Positions 42,908 to 53,429 of a stretch of 64,000 bases of DNA are shown piece by piece. The stretch comes from Chlamydiales bacterium (lineage in GTDB: Bacteria > Chlamydiota > Chlamydiia > Chlamydiales > JAAZZY01). The DNA is taken from the NCBI GenBank assembly GCA_965206695.1, contig CBDBKM010000010.1, positions 480,001-544,000 of the forward strand. Direction: 5' to 3'. Each line of letters begins with the position of its first letter. The stretch's first letter is position 1. The position numbers and the translations under genes were made by a program. The notes beneath the pieces were generated by a model. That model saw nothing but the letters and a program-made list of their open reading frames with translations. It made no database searches and was not told the DNA's origin.

Positions 42908-43114
42908 TTAAACATTTAAGCAGTAGAATCTAGATGGGTTGCCGTTATTAAAATTACTGATTCTAACAGGTCGCGTGGCAGTACCTTGAGAATCTTTGAT
43001 TAACCAAGACCTTTTATCTAATACCTTAATAACAAAGGCAAGAGTACTACAGCATAACTCATTTTTAAAGATCTCTTGGAAAATACAATAAGCTTCTTGT
43101 CCATCAATATATTT
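42908..43114 (-). pseudogene. C-terminal remnant of a DUF927-like replication helicase
   Basis: YCIFQEIFKNELC...VLDKRSWL..D..G..T..VRI...RFYCL resembles DUF927 C-termini; 5' part lost at IS30. Confidence 0.5.
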
Positions 43115-44213
43115 CGCCCTTTCAACATCGAAGTGCAACACTCGCTGCTTCCTTACTGAGACGGTTAAACACCTCCTCCGATGTTGAAAAGTTTAACACT
43201 TTTCGGGGTCTATTGTTAAGCAAGTTCTCAATCTTTTTTAAATTACCTGCTGAGACTTCATCAAACCGTTTATTTTTAGGGAGATATTGTCGAACGAGTC
43301 CATTCGTATGCTCGTTCAGCCCTCTTTCCCACGAATGATAGGGGGTAGCAAAGTAAAAACTTGTCTCAAGTAATTGGCTCACTTGTTTATGGTAAGTAAA
43401 TTCTTTCCCGTTGTCAGCAGTTAATGTCATGACAAATTTTTGGACCGGTCTTAACCTGTTTACTAGCGCATCCTTTACTTCCTCAGCGGTTTTACGCGAG
43501 ACTTTTTCCGGTTTTGTTAGCTTTGAGACTCTTTCGACCATTGAGACAATGACTCCGCTCCCTTCTGTTCCTATGATTGTATCCAGTTCCCAATCGCCTA
43601 AACGAGTTTTCTTCTCTACGATATCAGGCCTTTCAGAAATATCTGTCCGTCCGGGAATACATCCTCGTCCGGCCCTATTTTTACCTCGCTTGTTATATTT
43701 CTTCCCACTATGTCTAAGGTGTTTATACAACAAGCCTCCTCTTTTTTTGTCCTCCCAAACATAGTTATAGATTGTCTCATGGCTTACAGCTTCTTGATAC
43801 CCTTTCTTCTTCAGCCATCCCGATATTTGATCGGGGCTCCACTGCACGCTTAACTTCTCTTCGATAATGGCAATCATTACACTGCTCATCTTTCGTTGTT
43901 GAGTTTTTGAGCCTCGTCTCTTTAAAGCCTTCTCTTGAGCCTGTTGATACCGATATCCACGCTTTCCACAATTTCGTTTTAGCTCGCGATAAACAGTCGA
44001 TCGATTTACGTTTAACTCATTGGAAATTAAGGTGATAGGATCTCCTCTTCTTATTAAGGTATACAATTGGCATCTCTTGTCTTTGTTTAAGTGACGGTAG
44101 CCGTTTGGCATCTTTCCTCCTTGGTTTTCTTACGTTTACCATAGGAGATTTTTTACCACCTTCAGACAAGTTTAATTTGTAGCGGTTTGTTGCACTTCGA
44201 TGTTGAAAGGGCG
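43115..44213 (-). mobile_element. IS30-family element (transposase 43122-44111)
   Basis: 26-bp perfect IR CGCCCTTTCAACATCGAAGTGCAACA; WSPDQI, GDWELDT, DNGKEF, ERGLNE; no target duplication. Confidence 0.95.
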
Positions 44214-44548
44214 CTATAACTTGGATAAAAAGCAAAATCGATCTGTCAATATAAAATTTTTATTTAATCAATTTCTACATATTTATATTTTTTCGACGTG
44301 TGTTGATAAACTAGATTGCATTGAGGATATTCTATTTAGTTCAGATAAGGATAAAGACAAATGTCTTTACAAGATTAGTATAGAAAAACTGATGGAAATT
44401 GTAAGTTATATCGTACATTCAGATGTATATAAAAGATCATGGAAAAGAGATCCAGAAGCGAAACATGTCTTTCAAATCAAACAAAAATATGTTTTTGATT
44501 CATCTGTTAAGTCTTTAGGGTTATTGATAGCGATATTGTTTAAGAAAA

Positions 44549-44911
44549 TTATTTTATCCCAAAAATAACACCTTTTTCATTTTCTAGTTTTACCCAAAGT
44601 GAATGTCCCTCAGAGAGTGTAATTTCATAATTCCATGGTTTAGAGTAATTTACTTTTTTGGAATATATCCATTTGGGCAACATAGGGAAATCACTAGCCA
44701 AATTACTGAGTTTTTCTTCTGGAACAGTATCAGGACCAAAACATAAACCTTTGTCAGAAAGAACTAAGTAATTCTTATCAACAGTTTTAAGTATAATCAA
44801 TCCTCTCTGGATATTTCCCAATCGATAGATACCTATAATTTTTATCTTTTTTGGTAGTTGTTTAGAACGATTAGTACATTGTGTTTCGTTTTCTTTTAAT
44901 AAGTCAGACAT
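44549..44911 (-). CDS. Hypothetical protein
   Basis: 120-aa ORF with SD AGGAG; no recognised motif. Confidence 0.45.
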   Translation of the reverse strand: MSDLLKENETQCTNRSKQLPKKIKIIGIYRLGNIQRGLIILKTVDKNYLVLSDKGLCFGPDTVPEEKLSNLASDFPMLPKWIYSKKVNYSKPWNYEITLSEGHSLWVKLENEKGVIFGIK

Positions 44912-44965
44912 CTCCTGATCTACAAGAGCCTTTACTTGAGTCTCATTAATCCCCCTGTTCTTCCA

Positions 44966-45406
44966 TCATTTTAATTGATGTTGACCAATAGTATTCTGTA
45001 ACTCGTTAAATTCTTTTGTGATCTTATTTAAGACAGTCTTCATTTTTTTTCTTTGATCATTCTTACAAAATGCAACGGCATTATCTTTAAAAAATGCATG
45101 AACTATCCAATTTCTGTCTTTTAATGCGTTGTTAAGCGGGGGCAGTAATTGATGAGAAGGATCCTGTTCTCTAAAATAAGTGATTAGTTGTCCAAGAGTT
45201 GATTTTTCATGTGCCTGTAAGTCAAAATCAAATCCCCATACATGTCTTAAAGGAGGAGGCGTACCGTAAGCATTTGTAAGAAAAGAAGCAAGCGCCATCT
45301 CCAGAATTTGAGCGTAATACATACAGAGTCCGAAACAAGTAAAAATTTCTTTTATATCTTCATCTGAATCTTCATCTAAGCATAATTTTTTATCGTATTT
45401 TAACAT
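44966..45406 (-). CDS. Hypothetical protein, HEPN-like
   Basis: Helical 146 aa: FGL.MY.AQ.LE, TLGQL and RNWIVH (RxxxxH). Confidence 0.55.
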   Translation of the reverse strand: MLKYDKKLCLDEDSDEDIKEIFTCFGLCMYYAQILEMALASFLTNAYGTPPPLRHVWGFDFDLQAHEKSTLGQLITYFREQDPSHQLLPPLNNALKDRNWIVHAFFKDNAVAFCKNDQRKKMKTVLNKITKEFNELQNTIGQHQLK

Positions 45407-45562
45407 TTAGTTACAATCCTTTTGAGTTTGCCAAAAAATTTAAGTTATCACACAATTGATTCCAATCAAAAGTTCTGAAAGCGTCCAATCGCCCCCATTT
45501 TTTCTCCTAAAATTCATTAAAAATCACTCTAAAAATAGCCTTTCAGCTTTTTAGAAAAATAG

Positions 45563-45960
45563 TCACTTAGATTTCAACAGTCCCGGTTTGTTAGCTTTAC
45601 GACTTGAGGATATGACAATCAGGTCAAAAGAATACTCTACGATTGGAGGAAGTGAGGTCATTGACTTTTTAAAAGGATTAGAGAAGCATGCACAGACTTC
45701 AAAACCAGATGTTATTTTAGATAACGGAAGAGCAAATAAAAACAAACTGATTCAAGACTATTTAAAGACTTCACGTATAGAGCTTGTCTATTTACCCCCA
45801 ATATTCTCTAAATTTAGATGCAATAGATAAGGCTTTGGAAGATGATGAGGGAAACGGTTACTTATAATACATTTTGCGATACATTGATTGATTTTAAATG
45901 AGAGGTAAGGGGCTTTTTTAAAGACAAAAGCCCGATGTTAAGAGACAAGAATCAAAAAAA
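45563..45960 (+). pseudogene. IS630-type transposase remnant
   Basis: ILDNGRANKN, IELVYLPP, RLWKMMRE. Confidence 0.65.
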
Positions 45961-45981
45961 CAAATAGACGCTTTTATCCCA

Positions 45982-47100
45982 ATGCGAGAGCAAAGGGTTT
46001 TCTTGCTTAATTGTCATAAAATTATGAAAACGATTTGGTTTGTAAAAGGGATCTCACGCTACGGAGTGTTAAACCATTTTAGTGATATGCTAAAACAAGC
46101 ATTTCATACTTTAGGGTATCGAGTGGCTGATTTGAATATGAGTCTAATAGATAAAGATCGCTCATTCCAATATCCTGACTTAGCTATTGGTTTTAATTGT
46201 ATGGGTATTCAACACATTGTTAATTCTATTCCTTATTTAGGGATAAATGTGGATCATCCTTTTTTTCACCATGACAGATTAATGCAAAGGGATCAGGCTT
46301 ATGTAGCCGGCATTGATCACATTCATCTAAGAGTTTTAAAAAAATATTATCCTCAGCATCAATCTTTTTTTCTTCCCCATGCGGGCTGTAACGCTAACCA
46401 AACAAATCAAGGTCAGAAAGCAATAGAGGTATTATTTGCGGGAAGTTTTTCTCCTCTAAAGGATAGAAAAATGTTAACTAACGGGCTTCCAAAAGTATTG
46501 GATTGGTATATACAAGATATTATTGATAAATTTCTAAATCATACTCTTGATGACATCTCAGAAAATTTTATGCAGATTATTGATACTTATCCTGATATCC
46601 CTCTTTATATCTATTTGATAGAAGTCGAACAATATTTACGTAATTATAGACGTAAGGAAGTTTTACAGAGCTTATCTAATGCTAATATTTTGGTAGATAT
46701 TTTTGGTGATGGATGGGATCCCTCTCTTTTTAATGGAAAGCACCGTATCCACCCTTCGAAGACTTTTTGTGATATTTTAAATCTCATGCAAAAAAGTCAC
46801 ATTGTTTTAAATATCATGCCAACCTTTTCTATGGGAGGGCATGAAAGAGTCTTTTCCGGGATGTTAAATAATGCGATGGTTCTAACAAATGCTAATCGTT
46901 ACTATGAAAGTATTTTTGAAGATGGAGTGGATGTGAAAATGTATCACTTTAGCCGATTAAAGCAATTACCGGAAATGATGCTGAATAAATTGGGAGAGGC
47001 AAAAGTAAAAGAAATCGCTCATAATGGGTGTGCAACAGCTACACAGGATCATACTTGGCTACATCGTGCTCAATCTCTAGTGAAGTTTTTGTGGAATTAG
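45982..47100 (+). CDS. CgeB-like glycosyltransferase (GT-B)
   Basis: VDHP, FLPHAG, IEVLFAGS, VDIFGDGW, SHIVLN..P...GGHERVF. Confidence 0.8.
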   Translation: MREQRVFLLNCHKIMKTIWFVKGISRYGVLNHFSDMLKQAFHTLGYRVADLNMSLIDKDRSFQYPDLAIGFNCMGIQHIVNSIPYLGINVDHPFFHHDRLMQRDQAYVAGIDHIHLRVLKKYYPQHQSFFLPHAGCNANQTNQGQKAIEVLFAGSFSPLKDRKMLTNGLPKVLDWYIQDIIDKFLNHTLDDISENFMQIIDTYPDIPLYIYLIEVEQYLRNYRRKEVLQSLSNANILVDIFGDGWDPSLFNGKHRIHPSKTFCDILNLMQKSHIVLNIMPTFSMGGHERVFSGMLNNAMVLTNANRYYESIFEDGVDVKMYHFSRLKQLPEMMLNKLGEAKVKEIAHNGCATATQDHTWLHRAQSLVKFLWN

Positions 47101-47760
47101 TTTGCCTTTTTCAAGAATAAAAATACGATCGCATGCATTGGCTAAATCGGTATCATGAGTGACAACGATTAATGTTTTCTGCTCTTCTCTTACACAACTG
47201 AGTAAAAGTTGATGGATATCTTTTGAGGTTTGATGGTCTAAGTTTCCGGTTGGCTCGTCAGCTAGAATAAGAGAAGGGTTATTACATAAAGCTCTCGCAA
47301 TACAAACGCGTTGCCTCTCACCACCGGAGAGCATTTTGGCTTGATAGTGCAAGCGAGGTCCTAGGCCCACGCGGTCAATAAGTTTTAAGGCTCTATTATA
47401 AGCAGGGGAATTTTTTTGTATTGAACGGCGAGCAATCTGAGCAGGCATTAAAATATTGTTTAATGTGGTAAAATTTTCAAAAAGATAAAAAGATTGGAAG
47501 ATAAACCCAATACTTTGATTGCGAAGTAAACAATAGTTAGATGGAACTACCTTTTTATCATCGATAATCAGAGAACCTTTGGTAGGGAATTCAAGAGTGC
47601 CAAGAATATGTAAAAGCGTACTCTTACCTTCACCGGAAGCTCCCATAATAGCTATTGTTCGGCCTTTTTCTGCATTTAAAGAAATACCTTCCAGAATATG
47701 AAGAGGGGACGGTTCAGTAAAGGATTTATAAATATCTTTTGCTTCTAAAACTGAATGCAT
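47077..47760 (-). CDS. lolD: Lipoprotein-releasing ABC ATPase
   Basis: [33 protein letters not shown]. Confidence 0.9.
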   Translation of the reverse strand: MHSVLEAKDIYKSFTEPSPLHILEGISLNAEKGRTIAIMGASGEGKSTLLHILGTLEFPTKGSLIIDDKKVVPSNYCLLRNQSIGFIFQSFYLFENFTTLNNILMPAQIARRSIQKNSPAYNRALKLIDRVGLGPRLHYQAKMLSGGERQRVCIARALCNNPSLILADEPTGNLDHQTSKDIHQLLLSCVREEQKTLIVVTHDTDLANACDRIFILEKGKLIPQKLH

Positions 47761-47767
47761 AGCTTTT

Positions 47768-49936
47768 TTAATTCCTTAAAATTTTGGTTGGGAACATTCC
47801 GGAAGCTTTTATAGCCGGTATAAGACCGGCTAAAAGAGACATAGTAGCCGTAGCAATGAGTACAAAGATTAAGGCTTCTGTACTCAGCTCTTTAGGAAGA
47901 GCATCTCCAAAATAAGCCGGATTAAATGCCTGATGGCCTTGTATATGGCTTAAAAAACTGACTAAATAATCAATGTGTTTCAAAGTAAAGATGGCAGCTA
48001 ATGTTCCAATACAGCTACTAATCAATCCTATTAAAACACCGCATAATCCAAAAATTGCCGCAATACTTTTAGGCGATGCTCCCATCGCTTGTAAAATACC
48101 AATTTCTTGTTTCTTGTCATTGACCAGTAGAATAAGCATTGAGATGACATTGGTACAGGCAACTAAAATAATAATAATTGCAATGAGTGTATAAAGGGTT
48201 TTATCACTAGAAATCTGTTCGATAAAATCTTTAGTGAATTCGTATTCTCGATAGGTTTTAATTTGCCAGTAGGGAGCGATACCTCTTTCTTTAAAGGCTT
48301 CTGTTAACTGTTCTTTTAATTTATCGGCTCGCTTAAAGTTATCAAACCAAATATTAATACCATTTCCTAAAAAGGAGTCCTGAAGATGTACTGATGAACT
48401 GATTAGAGAAGTGATAGTTTTAGGAGCTAATAGTAATTTTGAACCGATAGGAATGAGTCCGGGATCATAAAAGCCGGCGATAAAAATAGGAATGCGTTGT
48501 TCCTGAGAAGATGAAGTCGTTGTCGTATAATAGGAAAGATACCCTTGATCTCCTAAAAGCACGCCATTATCTTTAAAGGTTTTGGGTAACAAAATAGCAT
48601 TTCCAATAATTGAGTCAGATGGCAATAAGCTCACCCGGGTTTTATCGGTATTTTGGACATGATACAGCCAAAAGGGAGAGGATTCGGGTTCTTTTGAATA
48701 ACTAGTTTGAAAAGTAGCCCTTCCAATTTCGAAATCTTGATAATAAACATTTCCTTTTAGGGGTAGGTTTTGTATGATCGAATCAATAGAAAATTGAAGG
48801 TGACCGGTATAATGCGCCTTATCAACTGAAGCGGGCATTAAAGAGGCTTCTAATAAAGCATTAGCTTCTAATACTAATGGGAGACGGTCCGAGATTTCAT
48901 AATGGTTTCCTTTCTTGTCATCAAAAGAAATTTGATTTTGATCGAAGTGTAATATCCCTTCTAAAGATTTAAGGCCCTGCATCTCAAATCCCTTTATTAG
49001 ATTTGATAAATGCTTGGTCTCTTTTGGTATCACAAAGCGAGTGATGACATCATCAGTTAAAACGATACAGGCTTTTAAAGAACCTACCTCAGGAAGTAAG
49101 TTACGACTCATCTTATAACCATAAGGACCTGTTTTCAAATGGGTAATGGTTACATGATCATTAAAACTTTTTATGCGCTTTTGAAATGCTGACTGAGGAA
49201 TCGGCGGATTGAGTTTCGGCCGGTCAGCTTGCGAGGAAGTAGATGAGAGAGATAACATAGAAAAAATATTACTCAGATCTCGCATATCAGGATCAATAAA
49301 GGTTTTTTGAAGCTGTTTGTTGCCGGGATCAAATGAAGCTACATAAGAGATTTGAGTAAGAAAATTTTGCATATCAGCTTCTTGACCTAATCCTGATCCC
49401 TGACTAGAACGCAGAAGACGTATTCTGGCATTACTGATTGTTACTTCGAAATCAGTTGCTGCCAGGTTTTTATAACCTTTAATTGAGTTGATTGAATCAA
49501 AGGCTTCTTTAACAAGATTTTTTAATGCTCCATCTGATGTTGTAACGCTTTGAGACCAGGAGCTGAGTGGTTCGATATCTATTTCGGGATTATACGGATC
49601 ACTAATAGGGCTATTTAATTTTTCACCAATTGTTTTATGGGTATAATCAGAATTTGTTGAGATACTATCGATCTGATAGTAATAGGATTGATAATAGGAA
49701 TCAGTGGGTGTAATTTGAACAGGAGCAGTTAATGCAATGAGTTTTTCGGTCCATTTTTTTTCCATCCCATCGGTTACCGATAAAAACACTAAAACAAGCC
49801 ATACAACTAAAGCAATTACGAATACGGAAATGAATGCAATAATCGAAACGGATAATTGTCGTCTTTTGGGGATGAGGTATTTTCGGATCAATGAAAATTC
49901 AAACATATTGAAGTAGCTTTTTTTTATCGTGAACAA
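47768..49936 (-). CDS. lolC: Lipoprotein-releasing ABC permease LolC/E
   Basis: KYLIPKRRQLS, N-terminal TM, large periplasmic domain, KKQEIGILQAMGA; probable start MFEFS. Confidence 0.85.
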   Translation of the reverse strand: MFTIKKSYFNMFEFSLIRKYLIPKRRQLSVSIIAFISVFVIALVVWLVLVFLSVTDGMEKKWTEKLIALTAPVQITPTDSYYQSYYYQIDSISTNSDYTHKTIGEKLNSPISDPYNPEIDIEPLSSWSQSVTTSDGALKNLVKEAFDSINSIKGYKNLAATDFEVTISNARIRLLRSSQGSGLGQEADMQNFLTQISYVASFDPGNKQLQKTFIDPDMRDLSNIFSMLSLSSTSSQADRPKLNPPIPQSAFQKRIKSFNDHVTITHLKTGPYGYKMSRNLLPEVGSLKACIVLTDDVITRFVIPKETKHLSNLIKGFEMQGLKSLEGILHFDQNQISFDDKKGNHYEISDRLPLVLEANALLEASLMPASVDKAHYTGHLQFSIDSIIQNLPLKGNVYYQDFEIGRATFQTSYSKEPESSPFWLYHVQNTDKTRVSLLPSDSIIGNAILLPKTFKDNGVLLGDQGYLSYYTTTTSSSQEQRIPIFIAGFYDPGLIPIGSKLLLAPKTITSLISSSVHLQDSFLGNGINIWFDNFKRADKLKEQLTEAFKERGIAPYWQIKTYREYEFTKDFIEQISSDKTLYTLIAIIIILVACTNVISMLILLVNDKKQEIGILQAMGASPKSIAAIFGLCGVLIGLISSCIGTLAAIFTLKHIDYLVSFLSHIQGHQAFNPAYFGDALPKELSTEALIFVLIATATMSLLAGLIPAIKASGMFPTKILRN

Positions 49937-49939
49937 ATT

Positions 49940-49968
49940 AAAAACGCCTTTTAAAAAAGGCGTTTTTT
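49940..49968. terminator. Intrinsic terminator after rpmG
   Basis: AAAAACGCCTTTT-AA-AAAAGGCGTTTTT hairpin with T tails. Confidence 0.75.
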
Positions 49969-50008
49969 CTAGTCTGTAGAACTTGTTGTATCGTAGGTTG
50001 AAAATTAC

Positions 50009-50164
50009 TTACTTAGTCTCTTTAAAATTGACATGTCTGCGCAACTTTTTATCGTATTTTTTTAAGACGATACGTTCAGTTTGCTGCTTCTTGTTTTTTG
50101 TAGTATAATAGTATTCAGTACTTTCTTCACTTTTTAACTTTATGATTTCTCTTCCACTTGCCAT
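50009..50164 (-). CDS. rpmG: 50S ribosomal protein L33 (Zn-independent form)
   Basis: Below the ORF-track cutoff: MASGREIIKLKSEESTEYYYTTKNKKQQTERIVLKKYDKKLRRHVNFKETK. Confidence 0.95.
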   Translation of the reverse strand: MASGREIIKLKSEESTEYYYTTKNKKQQTERIVLKKYDKKLRRHVNFKETK

Positions 50165-50252
50165 TGTTTCTTTCTCTTATTTTTAAGAATGCAACTATTA
50201 TAATGATAAAGAACATAAAGCTCAAATCAAAATAAATAGCAGTAAATTAAAT

Positions 50253-51296
50253 TTAAAATGTTATTCGGGTCATTGCCTTAAGTGATAAATCATCCGATGC
50301 CTTAAATTTTATAAACTGCTGATACGCAAGACCTGCAATCATAGCGGCATTATCACAACTAAGCATTGAGGGCGGCCAAATAGTAGGCAGATCAGGAGTT
50401 ACTTCTTCAAACATCTTTCGTAATGTTAGATTGGCACAAACACCACCGCCTAAGATGATAGCATGGTAATCCATGCGATCAGCTGCTATTAGGGTTTTAT
50501 TTACGATATCTGAAAAAGCGGCACGCTGAAAAGAAGCAGCAATATGTTTTTTCTCTTCTTCAGGAATAGCTACAGGTGCGTGTTTGTTGCTATTCTGTCC
50601 TTTAACAGCATATAAGACATTGGTTTTTAAACCACTGAAAGAGAAATGAAGAGGGTTTTGTTTGACCTGACCCGCATTAAAAGCATATTTATAAGGATCG
50701 CCTTCTTTTGCTAACTGCTCTATTAGCGGTCCTCCCGGATAGGAAAAACCTAATATTGTAGCAACTTTATCAAAAGCTTCACCTATTGCATCATCTACAG
50801 TTGTTCCTAAAAGTTTATATTCACCAATGCCGGAAATATGAACCAAAGCAGTATGTCCACCGGATAAAATAACACCTAATGCAGGGAAACGAATGGATTT
50901 AAGCTGTCCCATCATAGCGGCATACAAATGAGCCTCAATATGATTAACGCCTATAAATAGTTTATTGAGAGCAAAACTTAAAGCTTTGGCCGCATTCAGA
51001 CCAATTAATAGAGCTCCAATTAAACCGGGACCTTTAGCTACTGCTATTATATCAATATCTTCTAAAGAAACCTGAGCTTCTTCTAAAGCTCTTTTTAAGG
51101 TCGGAAGAATGATGTCAACATGACGCCTACAAGCCAGTTCCGGAACAACGCCTCCAAAATTCTTATGAATATCCGTTTGAGATGATATCACATTTGATAG
51201 AATTTCATGGCCATCGCGCACGACTGAGCATGCTGTTTCATCACAAGTGCTTTCAAATCCTAATACCAACATATTATTTCCACCCTTCAGCGGCAT
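50253..51296 (-). CDS. tsaD: tRNA N6-threonylcarbamoyltransferase
   Basis: GFESTCDET, GGVVPELA, GPGL, NHIEAH, SGGHT, DDAIGEAFDK, DNAAMI; probable start MLVLG. Confidence 0.95.
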   Translation of the reverse strand: MPLKGGNNMLVLGFESTCDETACSVVRDGHEILSNVISSQTDIHKNFGGVVPELACRRHVDIILPTLKRALEEAQVSLEDIDIIAVAKGPGLIGALLIGLNAAKALSFALNKLFIGVNHIEAHLYAAMMGQLKSIRFPALGVILSGGHTALVHISGIGEYKLLGTTVDDAIGEAFDKVATILGFSYPGGPLIEQLAKEGDPYKYAFNAGQVKQNPLHFSFSGLKTNVLYAVKGQNSNKHAPVAIPEEEKKHIAASFQRAAFSDIVNKTLIAADRMDYHAIILGGGVCANLTLRKMFEEVTPDLPTIWPPSMLSCDNAAMIAGLAYQQFIKFKASDDLSLKAMTRITF

Positions 51297-52029
51297 CTTT
51301 ATCTAAAATCCAAAGAGCCTTATTGGATAGTGTTCCTACCCTTTGGGATGGAAAGTTATCGGGTTGATAATCGGATTTTAAAACTTTTTGAATCGTCTTT
51401 TTTTTCCCGGGACCCAAGACGAAGAGGGCTATGTTGTTCGCTTGATTGATGCAATCATAAGTAAAGGACATTCGCCAGGTATTTTTTTGAGTAACAAAAT
51501 TTTCAATGACTAAACGATTCTTTACATGTAAGGCGTCGGTATGAGGAAATAGAGAAGCCGTGTGCCCGTCATCACCCATTCCTAAAGTTACAAGATCGAA
51601 TATACTATTAGGAACTGTTTTTTTAATAAGATTTTCGTATGCCAGGGCATTTTCTTTGATCTCATATTCAGCGTGCATACGATGTATTTGTTTAGTCGGA
51701 ATAGGCAATGATCCAAATGCCGACTGCATTGCCATTCGGAAATTACTATCGGAACTGTTAGGAGGGACACTTCTTTCATCACTCCAAAATAGAAAGACTT
51801 TAGTCCAATCTATCAACCTAGCTCTTTTAGGATCGGCTAGTCTTTCAAAAATACGCTTTGGTGTGCTGCCGCCTGATAGAGCTACAAAAAAGGCACCTTT
51901 TGCTTCAATGGCCTTATTTGCTAATCGGATGAAATAATTGACACAAAATTCAAGAGTTGCCTCATGGTTACCGGGGATACAGATATCTCTACGATCATCG
52001 AAAAAAATAATCTTTTTTTTAAAATCCAT
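51274..52029 (-). CDS. pgl: 6-phosphogluconolactonase
   Basis: ALSGGSTP, FWSDERSVP..SDSN, LGMGDDGHTASLFP. Confidence 0.95.
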   Translation of the reverse strand: MDFKKKIIFFDDRRDICIPGNHEATLEFCVNYFIRLANKAIEAKGAFFVALSGGSTPKRIFERLADPKRARLIDWTKVFLFWSDERSVPPNSSDSNFRMAMQSAFGSLPIPTKQIHRMHAEYEIKENALAYENLIKKTVPNSIFDLVTLGMGDDGHTASLFPHTDALHVKNRLVIENFVTQKNTWRMSFTYDCINQANNIALFVLGPGKKKTIQKVLKSDYQPDNFPSQRVGTLSNKALWILDKDAAEGWK

Positions 52030-52209
52030 TACAATGCACCATTAAATTGAGAGAGAATTTGTAACATACGACAATAATGCATACCGGTCTCTTTATAACA
52101 GATTTCACGTGCAAAAGTATATTCCTATTTTGAGTAAGTCATATAAAAAGCATAAGGAGCCTTATCTTTATTTGGAGAAAATATTTTAACATTTATGACA
52201 ATTAAACGA

Positions 52210-52241
52210 GAAACCCCACCTTTTTAAGGGTGGGATGAAAG
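52210..52241. repeat. Hairpin resembling an IS200/IS605 end
   Basis: GAAACCCCACC-TTTTTAAG-GGTGGGATGAAAG; no tnpA or tnpB nearby. Confidence 0.45.
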
Positions 52242-52387
52242 TGTCTATTTGTTTTTTTGATTCCGTATATACTTTCTGATTGTATATTCATTTAATTTTC
52301 CAACACTATCAACATAATAAGACCGTGTCCACAGTGTGGGTAACCCGGATCTTAAGCTTGAAAATTCTTGCCTTAATATTCGGCTTG

Positions 52388-53326
52388 TATAGTATTTTAA
52401 TTTTTATTTGATAATATGTTATCCTTCTTTTTTTATACAAACAGTAAGGACAAAACAATGCCTAGAGCCTATTCAGTAGATCTTCGAGAGAAAGTATGAC
52501 AACATATAGAAAAACATCATGATAAAAAAACAGCCGGCCATATTTTTCAAGTAGGTATCGCAACAATATATCGATGGATCTTGCAAAAAAAGCAAAAAGG
52601 ACATTTAAAGCCAATCCGCAGAAAATATGCTTATAAGAAATTAGATGATGAGTTGTTATCTAAATATGTAGAAAAACATCCGGATTATTTTTTATCGGAA
52701 ATTGCTCATTATTTTTCAGTCACTCCGCAAACGATTTTTTATGCCCTTAAAAGATTAAAAATTACACGAAAAAAAAAACTACTCGCTATAAGGAAAGAGA
52801 TGAAAAGAAACGGGAAGCTTTTATGAAAGATTTAAAAAATATTCCCTTTGACAAGAGAATTTATCTCGATGAAACCGGGATTCATCAATTTTTATTTCGT
52901 GAGTCCGGAAGAAGCTTACGCGGCAAAAAAGTTTTTGGAGCGGTTTCAGGAAACCGCTTTATAAGGCAAAATATTATTTCAGCCCTATCTAAAGGGCAGT
53001 TTTTATCTCCAATGTGTTTTGAAGGTACTTGTAATACCGGGTTATTCAATATTTGGCTTAAGGAAGTTTTGACTCCTCAGCTTACACCCGGTAGTGTTCT
53101 TATTCTTGACAATGCCGGTTTTCACAAGTCAGCGGAAAGCAGGAAAACAGTAGAATCTGCCGGTTGTAAGCTTATGTTTCTTCCTCCATATTCTCCGGAC
53201 TTAAATCCTATAGAAAAATATTGGGCTAATATGAAAAATAAAGTTAGAGAGATATTACGAAAAGTTACGAATTTTACATTCGCCATTGATCAAGCAATCT
53301 TATCAATATAAAATTAAATGACTATA
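52388..53326 (+). mobile_element. IS630 copy 6 (orfA nonsense allele)
   Basis: Same termini; TGA allele. Confidence 0.95.
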
Positions 53327-53429
53327 TACAAAATATATTAACACGAATACGAAACAACACTTTAATCGAGACACTCTCATCCCAATGTTAAAAAAAAGGA
53401 TTGTCTCGCTTAATTGTCATAAAATACTT

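Noticed and set aside
42648..42911. ORFs with VTYVTYVTY peptide repeats
   Set aside because: These are translations of the 9-bp DNA repeats; the real - strand start is probably MTSIKK at 42631.
52210..52387. Active IS200/IS605 or TnpB system
   Set aside because: Only an end-like hairpin; no tnpA/tnpB coding sequence visible.
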